A DNA stretch of 63,926 nt, counting the filler, from Octopus bimaculoides (taxonomy: Eukaryota), in assembly GCF_001194135.2 (NCBI RefSeq). It is 5 parts of 5 records of this genome, joined end to end, with 100 filler letters (N's around TTAATTAATTAA, not from the genome) between each part and the next. Parts side by side here need not be neighbours in the genome. Positions count along the whole stretch, not along the records: positions 62,592 to 63,926 come from NW_026299268.1; 4 more parts are not named here. One strand, given 5' to 3'. The first letter of the stretch is position 1. Each line of letters opens with the position of its first letter. The position numbers were made by a program, and so were the translations under genes. Of this stretch, positions 63,758 through 63,926 are shown one piece after another. Under the pieces are notes generated by a model that did not search any database, had not been told where the DNA came from, and saw nothing but the letters and a program-made list of their open reading frames with translations.

Positions 63758-63895
63758 ATTAATATTTACCAGAAGCAACAGAGTGACTCAGGGTCTGAGA
63801 ATTTCGTGCATTGCCACTTATCAAACTCTTGATAAGTGCCAATACACGAAACTCATGGACCCTGAGTCACTCTGTTGCTTCTGGTAAATATTAAT
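63758..63895. repeat. ~138-bp hairpin
   Basis: 38-bp perfect outer stem, imperfect inner stem, 4-nt loop ACTC. Confidence 0.9.
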
Positions 63896-63926
63896 GAAAA
63901 TATCCATATATATATATATATATATT

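Overview
AT-rich, gap-ridden eukaryotic (metazoan) genomic scaffold made almost entirely of microsatellites and decayed transposons. The repeat families and style suggest a cephalopod such as Octopus (inference from memory, not a database match). No intact protein-coding gene can be supported; most ORFs in the track are artefacts of microsatellites or N-runs. Recognisable content: four defective mariner (DD34D) copies; Penelope-like elements (PLEs) of two families with RT and GIY-YIG remnants; an R4/Dong-type LINE fragment with an RLE endonuclease; RTE LINE fragments; a 166-bp solo LTR; and dozens of tRNA-derived SINEs from several families that swap central domains and 3' tails. Most notable: a complete type I minimal hammerhead ribozyme fold at 46476-46525 in the 3' end of a small non-autonomous PLE derivative with inverted termini (decayed copy at 53611-53657); a combinatorial SINE body/tail system; many fold-back hairpins; a tRNA-like gene with an oligo-dT terminator in a tandem duplication; three promoter-like motif clusters; and low-confidence splice-site-bounded candidate exons.
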